Origin: Bosea sp. (in: a-proteobacteria)
GTDB taxonomy: Bacteria > Pseudomonadota > Alphaproteobacteria > Rhizobiales > Beijerinckiaceae
DNA length: 40,541 bases
Assembly (NCBI GenBank): GCA_046292405.1
Contig: JBKBRD010000001.1
Coordinates: 1 to 40,541, forward strand
Direction: 5' to 3'
Below, in pieces: positions 1 through 10,112 of the stretch. The position numbers and the translations under genes were made by a program. Below the pieces are notes generated by a model. The model saw only the letters and a list, made by a program, of their open reading frames with translations. It did no database searches and was not told the DNA's origin. Within the stretch, counting starts at the first letter, position 1, and each line of letters begins with the position of its first letter.

Positions 1-76
1 TTCTCTTCTTTGATGTCTGTTCCATAACGGGCAATTCTCCGAGAGTTTTGCCCTCCGGTAAACCCGGGGCGGTTCA
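1..76 (-). mobile_element. IS3-family (IS51-like) insertion sequence, left end (IRL) with start of orfA, running off the window edge
   Basis: The minus strand from 76 reads TGAACCGCCCCGGGTTTACCGGAGGG, a TG-start IS3-type IR identical to 40399-40424. It is followed by an RBS (GGAG, 40-37) and ATG at 25 giving MEQTSKKR... Confidence 0.9.
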
Positions 77-87
77 TACGGCTTCAT
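77..87 (-). pseudogene. trbG: Probable first codons of trbG, interrupted by the IS
   Basis: An ATGA overlap with the trbF stop gives ATG AAG CCG TA, then the IS IR. trbG normally follows trbF. Only 11 bp remain, so the identity is inferred from position. Confidence 0.55.
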
Positions 88-767
88 TGCCCAAGCTCCC
101 GTGACCAGTTGATGGCGTTGACGTAGATGCCGAGCGGGTTCGCCCTGAGCCGGTCGGCGTTTCGGGGGATCTGCACGACGATCGTCAGGATCGCGGTCCA
201 GCGCGTGGTCTCGGCGAGCTGGCCATTTTCGTATCGGCGCTCGACCCAGGCGACGCGGAAGCTGTCCGGGGACGCGCGGATGACGCTGGAGACGTCGACA
301 GCGACCTGCTGCCGGCCGACCCGTGTAAAGGGGTCGTTGGAGCGGGCGTAGTCATTGAGCGCCATGGCGCCGCGGTCAGTCGTGAAGTCGTAGGCGCGCA
401 GCCAGTTCTGCCGGACGATGATCGCATCGGCCGGAATGCTCCGGACCTGCTCGATGAAGCGCGCTAGGTGGAAGGCAATCTGCGGATCGGTCGGACGATA
501 GTCGGCCTCGGCGGGCGCGACGGCCTGCGCCTGACCGATGCGATCGACTTGGACCACCCAGGGTACGATCGTCCCGCGTGCTGACTGCACGACGAGCGCG
601 GTGGCGAACCCGGCCGATAGGATCAGCGAGCCGAACGCCATGAGCCGCCAGTTCTTGGCCTGCACGCGCGAGGCGCCGATGCGCTCATCCCAGACCTGGG
701 TGGCGCGTTGATAGGGCGTCGCCGGCTCGGGGGCCTTGCCATAATGGGTAGAGGGTCGTTTGAACAT
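84..767 (-). CDS. trbF: Conjugal transfer protein TrbF (VirB8-like)
   Basis: TPYQRATQVWDERIG...NWR, one TM segment, C-terminal NPLGIYV motif; directly after trbL. Confidence 0.95.
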   Translation of the reverse strand: MFKRPSTHYGKAPEPATPYQRATQVWDERIGASRVQAKNWRLMAFGSLILSAGFATALVVQSARGTIVPWVVQVDRIGQAQAVAPAEADYRPTDPQIAFHLARFIEQVRSIPADAIIVRQNWLRAYDFTTDRGAMALNDYARSNDPFTRVGRQQVAVDVSSVIRASPDSFRVAWVERRYENGQLAETTRWTAILTIVVQIPRNADRLRANPLGIYVNAINWSRELGQ

Positions 768-2131
768 CAGCGATCGCCTTCGGAAAGATTGATGGAAGAG
801 CCGCCGCCGTGGGCGTCGCCGGAGCGGACGGCATGGGCCGTGGCCTGGACGGCATGGGTCACGTGCTGGGATCGGCGCATCCGCTGCGCCCAGGCCGGCG
901 GACCGCCGGCGTTCGCGGAACCGGCGGCAGCGGCGCCATCACCGGCCGCGTCACCGCCGATCGAGCCCATGGTGGAAGTGCCGCCTGTCGCCTCAAAGGC
1001 GGCCTTGCCGCCAGCGTTGAAGCTTGAGCGCATGCTTTCGGCGGCACGCGATGCGGCGCGACGCAGAGGTGAGACGGCGGCGCTGCCGCCGGCACGCACG
1101 ACCCCGCCGAGACCGGAAGCGACACCGACCGCGCCGGCCTGCCCGGCTGAGCCAAGGCTGTAAGCGGTGGACGCGCCGCCGGCGATCGCAGCACCGCCAC
1201 GAGCGGCGGCGGCGGCACCACCGGCCAGCGCAGCACCACCCGACGCAGCGGCGCCGACGGCGCCAGCGCCGAGCGCGACCATGCCGCCTGCGGCCAGGCC
1301 AGTGCCGACTGCTGCTCCGGCGCTGAGCTGGGGACCACCGGAGACGATGCCGCTTGCAATACCGGGACCGAAGATACCGAGGCCGAGCAGCGACAGCGCG
1401 GCGAGCACGATCGCCATCGCTTCGTCGATTGTCGGGTTCTGGCCGCCGAAACCGGATGTGAATTCTGAGAAGAGCGTCGAGCCGATGCCGATGATGACGG
1501 CCAGCACCAGCACCTTGATGCCGGAGGAGATGACGTTGCCGAGCACGCGTTCGGCCATGAAGGCCGACTTGCCGAACAGGCCGAACGGGATCAGCACGAA
1601 GCCGGCGAGCGTCGTCAGCTTGAACTCGATGAGCGTGACGAAGAGCTGGATGGCGAGGATGAAAAAAGCGAGCAGCACCAGCGCCCAGGCCAGGAACATG
1701 CAGGCGATCTGGATGAAGTTCTCGAAGAACGACCAGTAGCCCATGAGGCTGGAGATGGAATCGAGCAGCGGCCGTCCGGCGTCGAGCCCGGTCTGAGCGA
1801 CCTTGCCAGGGCGCAAGAGGTCGGCCGTGGTGAACCCGGTGCCGCTAGCCTTCAGGCCGAGGCCGGCGAAGCTCTCGAAAATGATCCGGGCGAGGTTGTT
1901 CCAATTACCGATGATGTAGGCGAACACGCCGACGAACAGCGTCTTCTTCACCAGGCGGGCCATGATGTCGTCGTCGGCGCCCCAGCTCCAGAACAGCGCC
2001 GCCAGCGTCACGTCGATGACGATCAGGGTGGTGGCGATGAAGGCGACTTCGCCGCTGAGTAGCCCGAATCCGCTGTCGATGTAGCGGGTGAAGACCTCAA
2101 GAAAATGGTCAATGACGCCGGTGCCGCCCAT
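767..2131 (-). CDS. trbL: P-type conjugative transfer protein TrbL (VirB6-like)
   Basis: MGGTGVIDHFLEVFTRYIDSGFGLL start, several TM segments, Gly/Ala-rich C-terminus. Confidence 0.95.
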   Translation of the reverse strand: MGGTGVIDHFLEVFTRYIDSGFGLLSGEVAFIATTLIVIDVTLAALFWSWGADDDIMARLVKKTLFVGVFAYIIGNWNNLARIIFESFAGLGLKASGTGFTTADLLRPGKVAQTGLDAGRPLLDSISSLMGYWSFFENFIQIACMFLAWALVLLAFFILAIQLFVTLIEFKLTTLAGFVLIPFGLFGKSAFMAERVLGNVISSGIKVLVLAVIIGIGSTLFSEFTSGFGGQNPTIDEAMAIVLAALSLLGLGIFGPGIASGIVSGGPQLSAGAAVGTGLAAGGMVALGAGAVGAAASGGAALAGGAAAAARGGAAIAGGASTAYSLGSAGQAGAVGVASGLGGVVRAGGSAAVSPLRRAASRAAESMRSSFNAGGKAAFEATGGTSTMGSIGGDAAGDGAAAAGSANAGGPPAWAQRMRRSQHVTHAVQATAHAVRSGDAHGGGSSINLSEGDR

Positions 2132-2135
2132 GATC

Positions 2136-2525
2136 TTATCTCGCCTCGTCGAGCTGCGGCGGCGCGATCGGTGCGGCGGGCTCGAAGGCCGGCTGATCGG
2201 TGCGGTCCGATTGGGGTATGAGAGTGTTTCGCGGCGCTGGCGGGATGTCCGGCAAGCGCTCGGTAGGTCGCGCGCCGGGCGCGAGGAAGCGGTTGCGGTT
2301 TTCGGCCCAGGCCCGCAGGCACGCCGGATCGCGCGGCCCCGCTTCGCCGAGCACCTGGCAGCGGATCATTTCGTCGCGCAACGGATCGCCCTGCGCTTGG
2401 GTGGTCCGGTCGGACGGCCACGCTTCCCGCACTTCCTCTTTCCGGTTCATCTCGATCGCGGTCGCAGTGATCGCGACGGCCACGAACACCACAGCGCCGA
2501 GCCGTGCGAGCATCTTGCCGTCCAT
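2136..2525 (-). CDS. trbK: Putative entry exclusion protein TrbK-alt
   Basis: MDGKMLARLGAVVFVAVAITATA signal and Cys pair in C...DPACLRAWAENRNRFL; lies between trbJ and trbL. Confidence 0.85.
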   Translation of the reverse strand: MDGKMLARLGAVVFVAVAITATAIEMNRKEEVREAWPSDRTTQAQGDPLRDEMIRCQVLGEAGPRDPACLRAWAENRNRFLAPGARPTERLPDIPPAPRNTLIPQSDRTDQPAFEPAAPIAPPQLDEAR

Positions 2526-2535
2526 GGCCGCGCCC

Positions 2536-3306
2536 TCAGTTGCCGTTCGGGAACATGCGGGCGTTGCCGGGCTGATAGCCGGTGCCCGGCGTCAGGAACC
2601 GTCGGCGCTGTTCGCGACCCTGTTCGGCCGCGGCAGATCGCTCGGCCTCGGACAGGCTTTGCGCCCGGCCGTTGGCGGCAACGACGGCGGTGAGATCGGC
2701 AAGCTGCTGCGCTTGCAGCGCGAGAAGCTGGTTGCCGGCCTGCGTCGCCTGCAGCGCTCCCGTCGCGCCCTGGCTCTGGCCGACCAGTGACGACATCTCG
2801 GCGCGGTTGGTGTCGATGTTGCCGACCACGCCGGCCTGGACGCGCATGGCGTCCTGCAGGCCGCCGACCGTGTTCTGCCAGCGCTCCCGCGCCTGCGCCA
2901 CGAGCGCCTGGTCGGAGGCGGACATGGAGGCGTTGCCGTAGGTCGACGTGAACGCCTGGTCGATGCGCTGGACGTCGTAGGCGATTCCCTGCGCCTGTTG
3001 CAGGAGCTGCTGGGTGCGCTGAACCGACTGCTGAAGCTGCTGGAGCGAGGAGTATGGCAGGCTGGCGAGGTTGCGGGCCTGGTTGATCAGCATCGTCGCT
3101 TCGTTCTGAAGCTGGGTGATCTGCTGATTGACCTGCTGGAGGGTGCGCGCCGCCGTCAGGACGTTCTGCGCATAGTTGGTCGGATCGTAGACGATCCATT
3201 GCGCAGCGGCGGGAGTGCTGAGGATCGGCGAAAGCGCGATCGGCGCGGCAAGCAGCGCTGCGGTGATACGCAGTGCAAGCGAGCGGGATTGAGTAGAACG
3301 GGTCAT
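2536..3306 (-). CDS. trbJ: P-type conjugative transfer protein TrbJ (VirB5-like)
   Basis: Signal peptide, then VYDPTNYAQN and Gln-rich coiled coil. Start set at ATG 3306 (ATGA overlap with trbE). Confidence 0.93.
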   Translation of the reverse strand: MTRSTQSRSLALRITAALLAAPIALSPILSTPAAAQWIVYDPTNYAQNVLTAARTLQQVNQQITQLQNEATMLINQARNLASLPYSSLQQLQQSVQRTQQLLQQAQGIAYDVQRIDQAFTSTYGNASMSASDQALVAQARERWQNTVGGLQDAMRVQAGVVGNIDTNRAEMSSLVGQSQGATGALQATQAGNQLLALQAQQLADLTAVVAANGRAQSLSEAERSAAAEQGREQRRRFLTPGTGYQPGNARMFPNGN

Positions 3307-5759
3307 GGGCGTGTCTCCGGATCGGTTTGGGGGATGACATTGGTGAGGTCGGCGATGAGGTCCGCGGCCCAGGCAAGCCGGTTCTCGGCGAGCCACTCAG
3401 CGAGGAAGCCATCCGTGCCGCTGCGGGCGTGAACGTCCGCGATCAGCGCCTGGTGCTGCTTGGACGACGCGGCGCAGAGCGCGAGCGCCACGTCCGACAG
3501 CCCCAGCTCGAACAGCCGGTTGCCGCGCCGCGACTGGCAGTAATAGTCGCGCTTAGGCATCGCCCGCGCGAGGATCTCGATCTGGCGATCGTTGAGCCCA
3601 AAGCGGCGATAGATGGCGGTGATCTGCGGCTCGATCGCGCGTTCGTTCGGCAGCAGGATGCGAGTCTGACAGCTCTCGATGATGGCTGGCGCGATCGCTG
3701 AGCCGTCGATGTCGGAGAGCGACTGCGTCGCGAAGATGACGCTGGCGTTCTTCTTGCGCAGCGTCTTCAGCCACTCGCGGAGCTGACCGGCGAAACCCTC
3801 GTCGTCTAGCGCCAGCCAGCCTTCATCGACGATCAGCAGCGTGGGGCGACCGTCGAGGCGGTCCTCGATGCGGTGGAAGAGATAGGCGAGCACGGCGGCG
3901 GCGGCGCCCGTGCCGATCAACCCTTCTGTTTCGAAGACCTGGACATTCGCTTCGCCCAGATGCTCGGCCTCGGCGTCGAGCAACCGGCCATAGGGACCGC
4001 CGACGCAATAGGGCCGAAGCGCCTGCTTCAGGTCGTTGGACTGCAGCAGGACGGACAGGCCGGTGAGCGTCCGCTCGTTGATCGGCGCGGACGCCAGCGA
4101 GGAGAGCGCCGACCAGAGATGCTCCTTCACCTCGGGCGTGACCGGCACGCTCTCGCGCCCCAGGATCGCGATCAGCCAGTCGGAGGCCCAGGCGCGCTCG
4201 GCGACATCGTCGATGCGCCCGAGCGGCTGAAGCGACACGCTGTCGTCTGAGCCTTCGGTGAGGCCACCGCCAAGATCGTGCCAGTCTCCGCGCATGGCGA
4301 GCGCGGCGGCGCGGATCGATCCGCCAAAGTCGAAGGCGAAAACCTGCGACTGCGGATAGCGCCGGAACTGCAGCGCCATCAGCGCCAGCAGCACCGACTT
4401 GCCGGCGCCCGTTGGCCCGACGATCAGGGTGTGGCCGACATCGCCGACATGGATGGAAAGCCGGAACGGGGTCGAGCCTTCGGTTCTGCCGTAAAGCAGT
4501 GGGGGTGCATCGAAGTGCTCGTCCCGTTCCGGTCCCGCCCACACCGCCGACAGCGGGATCATGTGGGCGAGATTCAAGGTGTTGATCGGCGGCTGCCGGA
4601 CATTGGCGTAGACATGGCCGGGCAGCGAGCCGTGCCAGGCGTCGACCGCGTTGATCGTCTCGGGCATGGCGGTGAAGTCGCGGCCCTGGATGACCTTCTC
4701 GACCATCCGCAGCTTTTCAGCTGCGATGCGCGGGTCCTCGTCCCAGACGGTGATAGTCGCCGTCACATAGGCTTGGCCCGCATAGTCGGCGCCCAGCTCC
4801 TGCAACGCCATGTCGGCGTCGGCGGCCTTGTTGGCCGCATCGGTATCGACCAGCGCAGAGGCCTCGTTGGTCATCACCTCCTTGAGGATGGCGGCGATCG
4901 ACTTGCGCTTGGCGAACCACTGACGCCTGATCTTCGTCAGCAGCTTGGTGGCGTCGGTCTTGTCGAGCAGGACGGCGCGTGTTGACCAGCGATAGGGAAA
5001 GGCCAGCCGGTTCAGCTCATCGAGGATGCCGGGCGTGGTCGCGGTCGGGAAGCCGACAATGGTGAGGATGCGGACATGTGCGTCGCCGAGCCGGGGTTCG
5101 AGCCCACCGGTCAGGGGCTGATCGGCCAGCAGCGCATCGAGATATATCGGCGTCTCGGGCACGCGGACGCGGTGCCGCTTGGTCGAGACGGTCGAATGCA
5201 GATAGGTCAGCGTCTCGCCGTCATCGAGCCAGGCGCATTCCGGCATGAAGGCGTCGATGAGCTGAAGGATGCGATCGGTGCGGTCTGCGAAGCCGCGCAG
5301 GATCTCGTGCGCATCGACGCCAGCGTGATCGCGACCCTCATAGAGCCAGGTCTCTGCGCGCGCCGCGTCTTCGGCCGGGGGAAGGTAGAGGAAGGTGAGG
5401 AAGTAGCTCGATTCGAAGTGCGCGCCGGCTTCCTCGAAGTCGGCTTTCCGTTCGGCGTCGACCAAGGCCGACGCGCTGTCGGCGAACACGCTGGCCGGAT
5501 AGGTCGCGGCACCATGGCGCTGCGCCTCGACGAAGATGGCCCAGCCGGAGCCCAGGCGACGGAAGGCGTTGTTGAGGCGCCCGGCGACCGCGACCAGCTC
5601 GGCCGGAACGGCACTGTCGAGGTCGGGTCCGCGAAACCGTGCAGTTCGCTGCAAGCTGCCGTCCTTGTTCAGGACGATGCCTTCGCCGACCAGAGCGACC
5701 CAGGGCAGGAAGTCGGCGAGACGGGTATTGCGGTTGCGATATTCGGCGAGGTTCATCAT
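3303..5759 (-). CDS. trbE: Conjugal transfer ATPase TrbE (VirB4)
   Basis: 818 aa; Walker A GPTGAGKS, Walker B LLIVDEGW, LRKKNASVIFATQS. Confidence 0.96.
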   Translation of the reverse strand: MMNLAEYRNRNTRLADFLPWVALVGEGIVLNKDGSLQRTARFRGPDLDSAVPAELVAVAGRLNNAFRRLGSGWAIFVEAQRHGAATYPASVFADSASALVDAERKADFEEAGAHFESSYFLTFLYLPPAEDAARAETWLYEGRDHAGVDAHEILRGFADRTDRILQLIDAFMPECAWLDDGETLTYLHSTVSTKRHRVRVPETPIYLDALLADQPLTGGLEPRLGDAHVRILTIVGFPTATTPGILDELNRLAFPYRWSTRAVLLDKTDATKLLTKIRRQWFAKRKSIAAILKEVMTNEASALVDTDAANKAADADMALQELGADYAGQAYVTATITVWDEDPRIAAEKLRMVEKVIQGRDFTAMPETINAVDAWHGSLPGHVYANVRQPPINTLNLAHMIPLSAVWAGPERDEHFDAPPLLYGRTEGSTPFRLSIHVGDVGHTLIVGPTGAGKSVLLALMALQFRRYPQSQVFAFDFGGSIRAAALAMRGDWHDLGGGLTEGSDDSVSLQPLGRIDDVAERAWASDWLIAILGRESVPVTPEVKEHLWSALSSLASAPINERTLTGLSVLLQSNDLKQALRPYCVGGPYGRLLDAEAEHLGEANVQVFETEGLIGTGAAAAVLAYLFHRIEDRLDGRPTLLIVDEGWLALDDEGFAGQLREWLKTLRKKNASVIFATQSLSDIDGSAIAPAIIESCQTRILLPNERAIEPQITAIYRRFGLNDRQIEILARAMPKRDYYCQSRRGNRLFELGLSDVALALCAASSKQHQALIADVHARSGTDGFLAEWLAENRLAWAADLIADLTNVIPQTDPETRP

Positions 5760-5771
5760 CGGCGTCGCTCC

Positions 5772-6053
5772 TCAAACCGACAGGTGGCCGGGGATGCGCA
5801 GATGTTTGCGCACGACATCGACGAACTGCGGATCGCGCTTGGCCGCCCAGACGGCCGCGAAATGACCGAGAGCCCAAAGGCCCAGGCCGACCAGCCAGAG
5901 GCGGAGGCCAAGGCCGAGCGCGGCTGCCAGCGTGCCGTTGAGAATGGCGATCGAGCGCGGAGCGCCGCCGAGCAGGATGTGCTCGGTCAGCGACCGATGG
6001 ACCGGGACCGAGAAGCCCGCCAGCTCGCCATGATGATCTGCGCCGTTGGCCAT
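5772..6053 (-). CDS. trbD: Conjugal transfer protein TrbD (VirB3)
   Basis: VPVHRSLTEHILLGGAPR...AKRDPQF. True start at ATG 6053 (TGATG overlap with trbC), shorter than the ORF-track call. Confidence 0.92.
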   Translation of the reverse strand: MANGADHHGELAGFSVPVHRSLTEHILLGGAPRSIAILNGTLAAALGLGLRLWLVGLGLWALGHFAAVWAAKRDPQFVDVVRKHLRIPGHLSV

Positions 6054-6385
6054 CAGACGAGCGCCCCGCCGCCGAACGAGAAGAAGGACAGGAAGAAGCT
6101 GGACGCAGCGAAGGCGATCGACAGGCCGAAGACGATTTGGATGAGCTTGCGCGCGCCGCCCGACGTGTCGCCGAAGGCCAGCGTCAGGCCGGTGATGATG
6201 ATGATCATCACCGCGATGATTTTGGCGACCGGGCCCTCGATGGATTCGAGGATGGACTGTAGCGGGGCCTCCCAGGGCATTTGGGAGCCGGAAGCGTGAG
6301 CGGCAGGCGCGAGCGCCAGCGAGACGAAGGTGACGGATACCGCAGTCGCGATATGGCGGCGGAAACGCAGGGCATGCTGGATCAT
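6053..6385 (-). CDS. trbC: Pilin TrbC (VirB2)
   Basis: Signal peptide ending AHA, MPWEAPL motif, two hydrophobic helices. Confidence 0.94.
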   Translation of the reverse strand: MIQHALRFRRHIATAVSVTFVSLALAPAAHASGSQMPWEAPLQSILESIEGPVAKIIAVMIIIITGLTLAFGDTSGGARKLIQIVFGLSIAFAASSFFLSFFSFGGGALV

Positions 6386-7365
6386 GACGGACCTCCTGTG
6401 AGGGGCTGGCTTGCGGGCGTGACGCGGTAGTCGCCGTCGGGGCCAAGGCCCTCGATGCGGGCGAGTTCGGCGAGGCGGCGCGACGTGCCCCGGCCGGAAA
6501 GCACGGCGACGAGATCGATCGTCTCGGCGATCAGGGCGCGCGGGACGGTGACGACGGCTTCCTGGATGAGCTGCTCCATCCGACGCAGCGCGCCGATGCC
6601 CGTACCCGCGTGGATGGTTCCGACACCGCCGGGGTGTCCTGTGCCCCAGGCCTTCAGCAGATCGAGGGCCTCGGCTCCCCGGACCTCGCCGATCGGAATC
6701 CGATCAGGGCGCAGGCGAAGAGAGGAGCGGACAAGATCGGAGAGCGAGGCGACGCCGTCTTTGGTCCGCATGGCGACGAGGTTCGGCGCGGCGCATTGCA
6801 GTTCGCGCGTGTCTTCGATCAGGACGACGCGGTCGGAGGTCTTCGAGACCTCAGCCAGCAAAGCGTTGGTGAGGGTCGTCTTGCCGGTAGAGGTGCCGCC
6901 GGCGACGAGGATGTTGCGCCGATCGGCGACGGCCTGGCGCAGCGTCTCGGCCTGATGCGCCGCCATGATCCCGGCGGCGACATAGTCGTCGAGCGTGAAC
7001 ACGGCGACGGCCGGCTTGCGGATCGCGAAGGCCGGGGCGGACACGACGGGCGGCAACAGCCCCTCGAACCGCTCCCCCGTTTCGGGCAACTCGGCTGAGA
7101 CACGTGGGGCGCCGGGATGAACCTCGGCCCCGACATGATGGGCGACGAGGCGGATGATCCGCTCGCCGTCTGACGGCGACAACAGTTCACCCGTGTCGGA
7201 AAGTCCTTCGGAAAGCCGGTCGACCCAGAGCCGCCCATCGGGGTTGAGCATCACCTCGACGATCGCGGGGTCTTCCAGAAACCGGGCGATCGCCGGCCCG
7301 AGGGCCGTGCGCAGCATGCGCGCGCCGCGAAGGATCGCCTCCGATTTCTGGTGAGTGGCCGCCAC
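6382..7365 (-). CDS. trbB: P-type conjugative ATPase TrbB (VirB11)
   Basis: EVMLNPDG, Walker [35 protein letters not shown]. Confidence 0.96.
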   Translation of the reverse strand: MAATHQKSEAILRGARMLRTALGPAIARFLEDPAIVEVMLNPDGRLWVDRLSEGLSDTGELLSPSDGERIIRLVAHHVGAEVHPGAPRVSAELPETGERFEGLLPPVVSAPAFAIRKPAVAVFTLDDYVAAGIMAAHQAETLRQAVADRRNILVAGGTSTGKTTLTNALLAEVSKTSDRVVLIEDTRELQCAAPNLVAMRTKDGVASLSDLVRSSLRLRPDRIPIGEVRGAEALDLLKAWGTGHPGGVGTIHAGTGIGALRRMEQLIQEAVVTVPRALIAETIDLVAVLSGRGTSRRLAELARIEGLGPDGDYRVTPASQPLTGGPS

Positions 7366-7534
7366 GTCGTCCCCGTTCTCTTGCGGGACCGCGACATGCG
7401 GCCCTGGATCGGGGATGAGTAGAAGAGGCAGAAATCATGGCCTGACAACAACCATAATGTGGTCGTCGTACTGTAGCGTACAAATACAGGGAAACGGCGG
7501 AACGCCGGAATACTTGAAGTGGACGTGGCCGTGA

Positions 7535-7969
7535 TTAATCCGCGTCGTGCGCGGGCGTGATGTCCTCGGAAATTTCCTGCCTAAGCTTCGGCCCGTGAGC
7601 GAGTCGCCGGCCGAGCGCGGTGACGAACGCTTCGTAGCGTTCGCCGGCTTTGGCGCGCGCCGCTGCCTGGGCGGGCTCGGGGAGCGGCGGGTTCGTCGTC
7701 AGCCAGAATCGGATGAAGACGGCCAGCGTTTCGACGGCGATTCCAAGGTCACGCTCCATACGCGCCATTCGCCGGTCGAGCTGGTCGAGCCGTTTCGTCG
7801 TAGCCGCCTCCTGCCGTTCGGCAGCGTCGGGCGACAGGAAGGAGGCGATGCCAGCTTCCGCGATCAGCGAGAGGGATTGATCGCGCCGGGCGGCGTGCGC
7901 GGCGAGCGCCTTCATGACGTCGGGTTCGAGATACACCGATAGCCGCTGCTTTTTGGGAGGCTTTGCCAT
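7535..7969 (-). CDS. CopG/ribbon-helix-helix family regulator
   Basis: N-terminal RLSVYLEP beta strand plus helices; conserved position between traG and trbB. Confidence 0.85.
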   Translation of the reverse strand: MAKPPKKQRLSVYLEPDVMKALAAHAARRDQSLSLIAEAGIASFLSPDAAERQEAATTKRLDQLDRRMARMERDLGIAVETLAVFIRFWLTTNPPLPEPAQAAARAKAGERYEAFVTALGRRLAHGPKLRQEISEDITPAHDAD

Positions 7970-7977
7970 GGTGCCTC

Positions 7978-9966
7978 CTAAAGCTCGATACCGTCGCCGG
8001 GATCGAGCGATGCTTGGCGTGCGACCTGGCGCATGGTCTGATTCATGCGCGAGAGGCGAGCGGCGTCCTCATCGGCATCGTGGCGGGGATCGATCTCGAA
8101 TTCGTTTTCGATGGGCTGCATTGGCTCGACGGGCTTTGCGCGGCTCAGTTCCGGCTGATGCCGGCGCTCGGAGTCGGTCGTATCCTCATCCTCCGATCCG
8201 CGCTCGCCGTCGGTCGCGATCGACACGGTCGGCGCCGCTGGAAGCGGCAGCGCGCTCCAGTCATCGGGCCGTGCCGTTGTCCGTTTCACCAGGTTCGGCG
8301 GCGTTACGATGCGCTCCTGAAACCGGCGATCCTCATAGTACCGCGCTTTCTTCGCGCGGATCGGTGGCGTACCGGCGACCATGACGATCTCGTCGGCGGG
8401 CGGGAGCTGCATGATCTCGCCGGGCGTCATCAGTTGCCGCGCCGTTTCCGAGCGCGACACCATCATGTGGCCGAGCCAGGGCGACAGGCGATGGCCGGCG
8501 TAGTTCTTCATCGCCCGCATCTCGGTTGCGGTGCCGAGTGCGTCCGAGACCCGCTTGGCGGTCCGCTCATCGTTGGTGGCGAAGCTAACCCGGACATGGC
8601 AGTTATCGAGGATCGAGTTGTTCGGGCCGTAGGCCTTCTCGATCTGGTTCAACGACTGGGCGATGAGAAAGGCCTTGAGGCCGTAGCCCGCCATGAAGGC
8701 GAGAGCGCTCTCGAAGAAGTCGAGACGACCGAGGGCGGGAAACTCGTCGAGCATGAGGAGCAGCCGGTGGCGGTTTCCGTTCGCCTGCAGGTCCTCGGTC
8801 AGCCGGCGGCCGACCTGATTGAGGATGAGACGGATCAGCGGCTTGGTGCGGTTGATGTCCGAGGGCGGCACGACGAGGTAGAGCGTGGTCGGATGCTTAC
8901 CGCCGACGATATCCACGATGCGCCAGTCGCAGCGGCGCGTGACCTCGGCGACGACGGGATCGCGATAGAGGCCGAGGAATGACATCGCGGTCGACAGCAC
9001 GCCCGACCTCTCGTTGTCGGATTTGTTCAGCAGCTCGCGCGCGGCGCTGGCGATCACGGGATGCGGGCCGGCCTCGCCAAGGTGTGCTGTCTTCATCATG
9101 GCGGCCAGCGTCGACTCGATCGGCCGCTTCGGATCGGAGAGGAAGGCGGCGACGCCCGCCAAGGTCTTGTCCGCTTCGGCGTAAAGGACGTGCAGGATCG
9201 CGCCGACCAGCAGCGCATGGCTGGTTTTCTCCCAGTGGTTCCGTTTCTCCAGCGAGCCCTCCGGATCGACCAGAATGTCGGCGATGTTCTGGACGTCGCG
9301 GACCTCCCATTCGCCACGGCGCACCTCGAGCAGCGGATTGTAGGCCGCGGATTTCGTATTGGTGGGATCGAACAGCAGCACGCGACCATGACGCGCGCGG
9401 AAGCCGGCGGTGAGCGTCCAGTTCTCCCCTTTGATGTCGTGGACGATCGCAGACCCTGGCCAGGTTAGCAGCGACGGCACGACCAGGCCGACGCCCTTGC
9501 CGGACCGCGTGGGCGCAAAGCAAAGCACATGCTCGGGACCGTCGTGGCGGAGATAGTCATGATCGAACTTCCCAAGGACGACGCCATCCGCGCCCAGCAG
9601 GCCGGCGGCGCGCACTTCGCGGGTGACGGCCCATCGGGCGGAGCCGAAGGTCTCGACGTTCTCGGCTTCACGCGCTCGCCAGACGGACATGCCGATTGCG
9701 ACAGCGATGGAGATGAAGCCGCCGGACGCGGCGATATAGGCGCCCTCTATGAAGATCGGCGGTGCATAGGCATCGTAGAAGTACCACCACCAGAAGAAGG
9801 CGGGCGGATAGTAGATCGGCCAGCCGGCAAGCTCGAACCAGGGCAGCCCAAGCTGCGGCTGGAAGCCGAGACGGTAGGCCGTCCACTGCGTCGCCGCCCA
9901 GGTTGTAATGAGGACGATCAGGAAGACGGTGAGGATCTGTCCCCAGAGGATTTTGGTCGCCGACAT
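7978..9966 (-). CDS. traG: Type IV coupling protein TraG/VirD4
   Basis: N-terminal TMs, FGSARWA, APTRSGKG Walker A, LLMLDEFPALG Walker B. Confidence 0.96.
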   Translation of the reverse strand: MSATKILWGQILTVFLIVLITTWAATQWTAYRLGFQPQLGLPWFELAGWPIYYPPAFFWWWYFYDAYAPPIFIEGAYIAASGGFISIAVAIGMSVWRAREAENVETFGSARWAVTREVRAAGLLGADGVVLGKFDHDYLRHDGPEHVLCFAPTRSGKGVGLVVPSLLTWPGSAIVHDIKGENWTLTAGFRARHGRVLLFDPTNTKSAAYNPLLEVRRGEWEVRDVQNIADILVDPEGSLEKRNHWEKTSHALLVGAILHVLYAEADKTLAGVAAFLSDPKRPIESTLAAMMKTAHLGEAGPHPVIASAARELLNKSDNERSGVLSTAMSFLGLYRDPVVAEVTRRCDWRIVDIVGGKHPTTLYLVVPPSDINRTKPLIRLILNQVGRRLTEDLQANGNRHRLLLMLDEFPALGRLDFFESALAFMAGYGLKAFLIAQSLNQIEKAYGPNNSILDNCHVRVSFATNDERTAKRVSDALGTATEMRAMKNYAGHRLSPWLGHMMVSRSETARQLMTPGEIMQLPPADEIVMVAGTPPIRAKKARYYEDRRFQERIVTPPNLVKRTTARPDDWSALPLPAAPTVSIATDGERGSEDEDTTDSERRHQPELSRAKPVEPMQPIENEFEIDPRHDADEDAARLSRMNQTMRQVARQASLDPGDGIEL

Positions 9967-10112
9967 GACCCTCCTTCCAAGAAAATACGCGGAGGATCAG
10001 GAGATACTTGGGCAGAAATCAAGCCAGCATTGGCAGAGATCGCAATATCGGCGCCTGCATCGTACAATTAGGATGCCTAGCTAGGTGGGCGGCGCAGCTT
10101 CTTGAGCAAGTG

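Noticed and set aside
900-1340. Low-complexity GCC/GGC-rich stretch
   Set aside because: It encodes the normal Gly/Ala-rich tail of TrbL.
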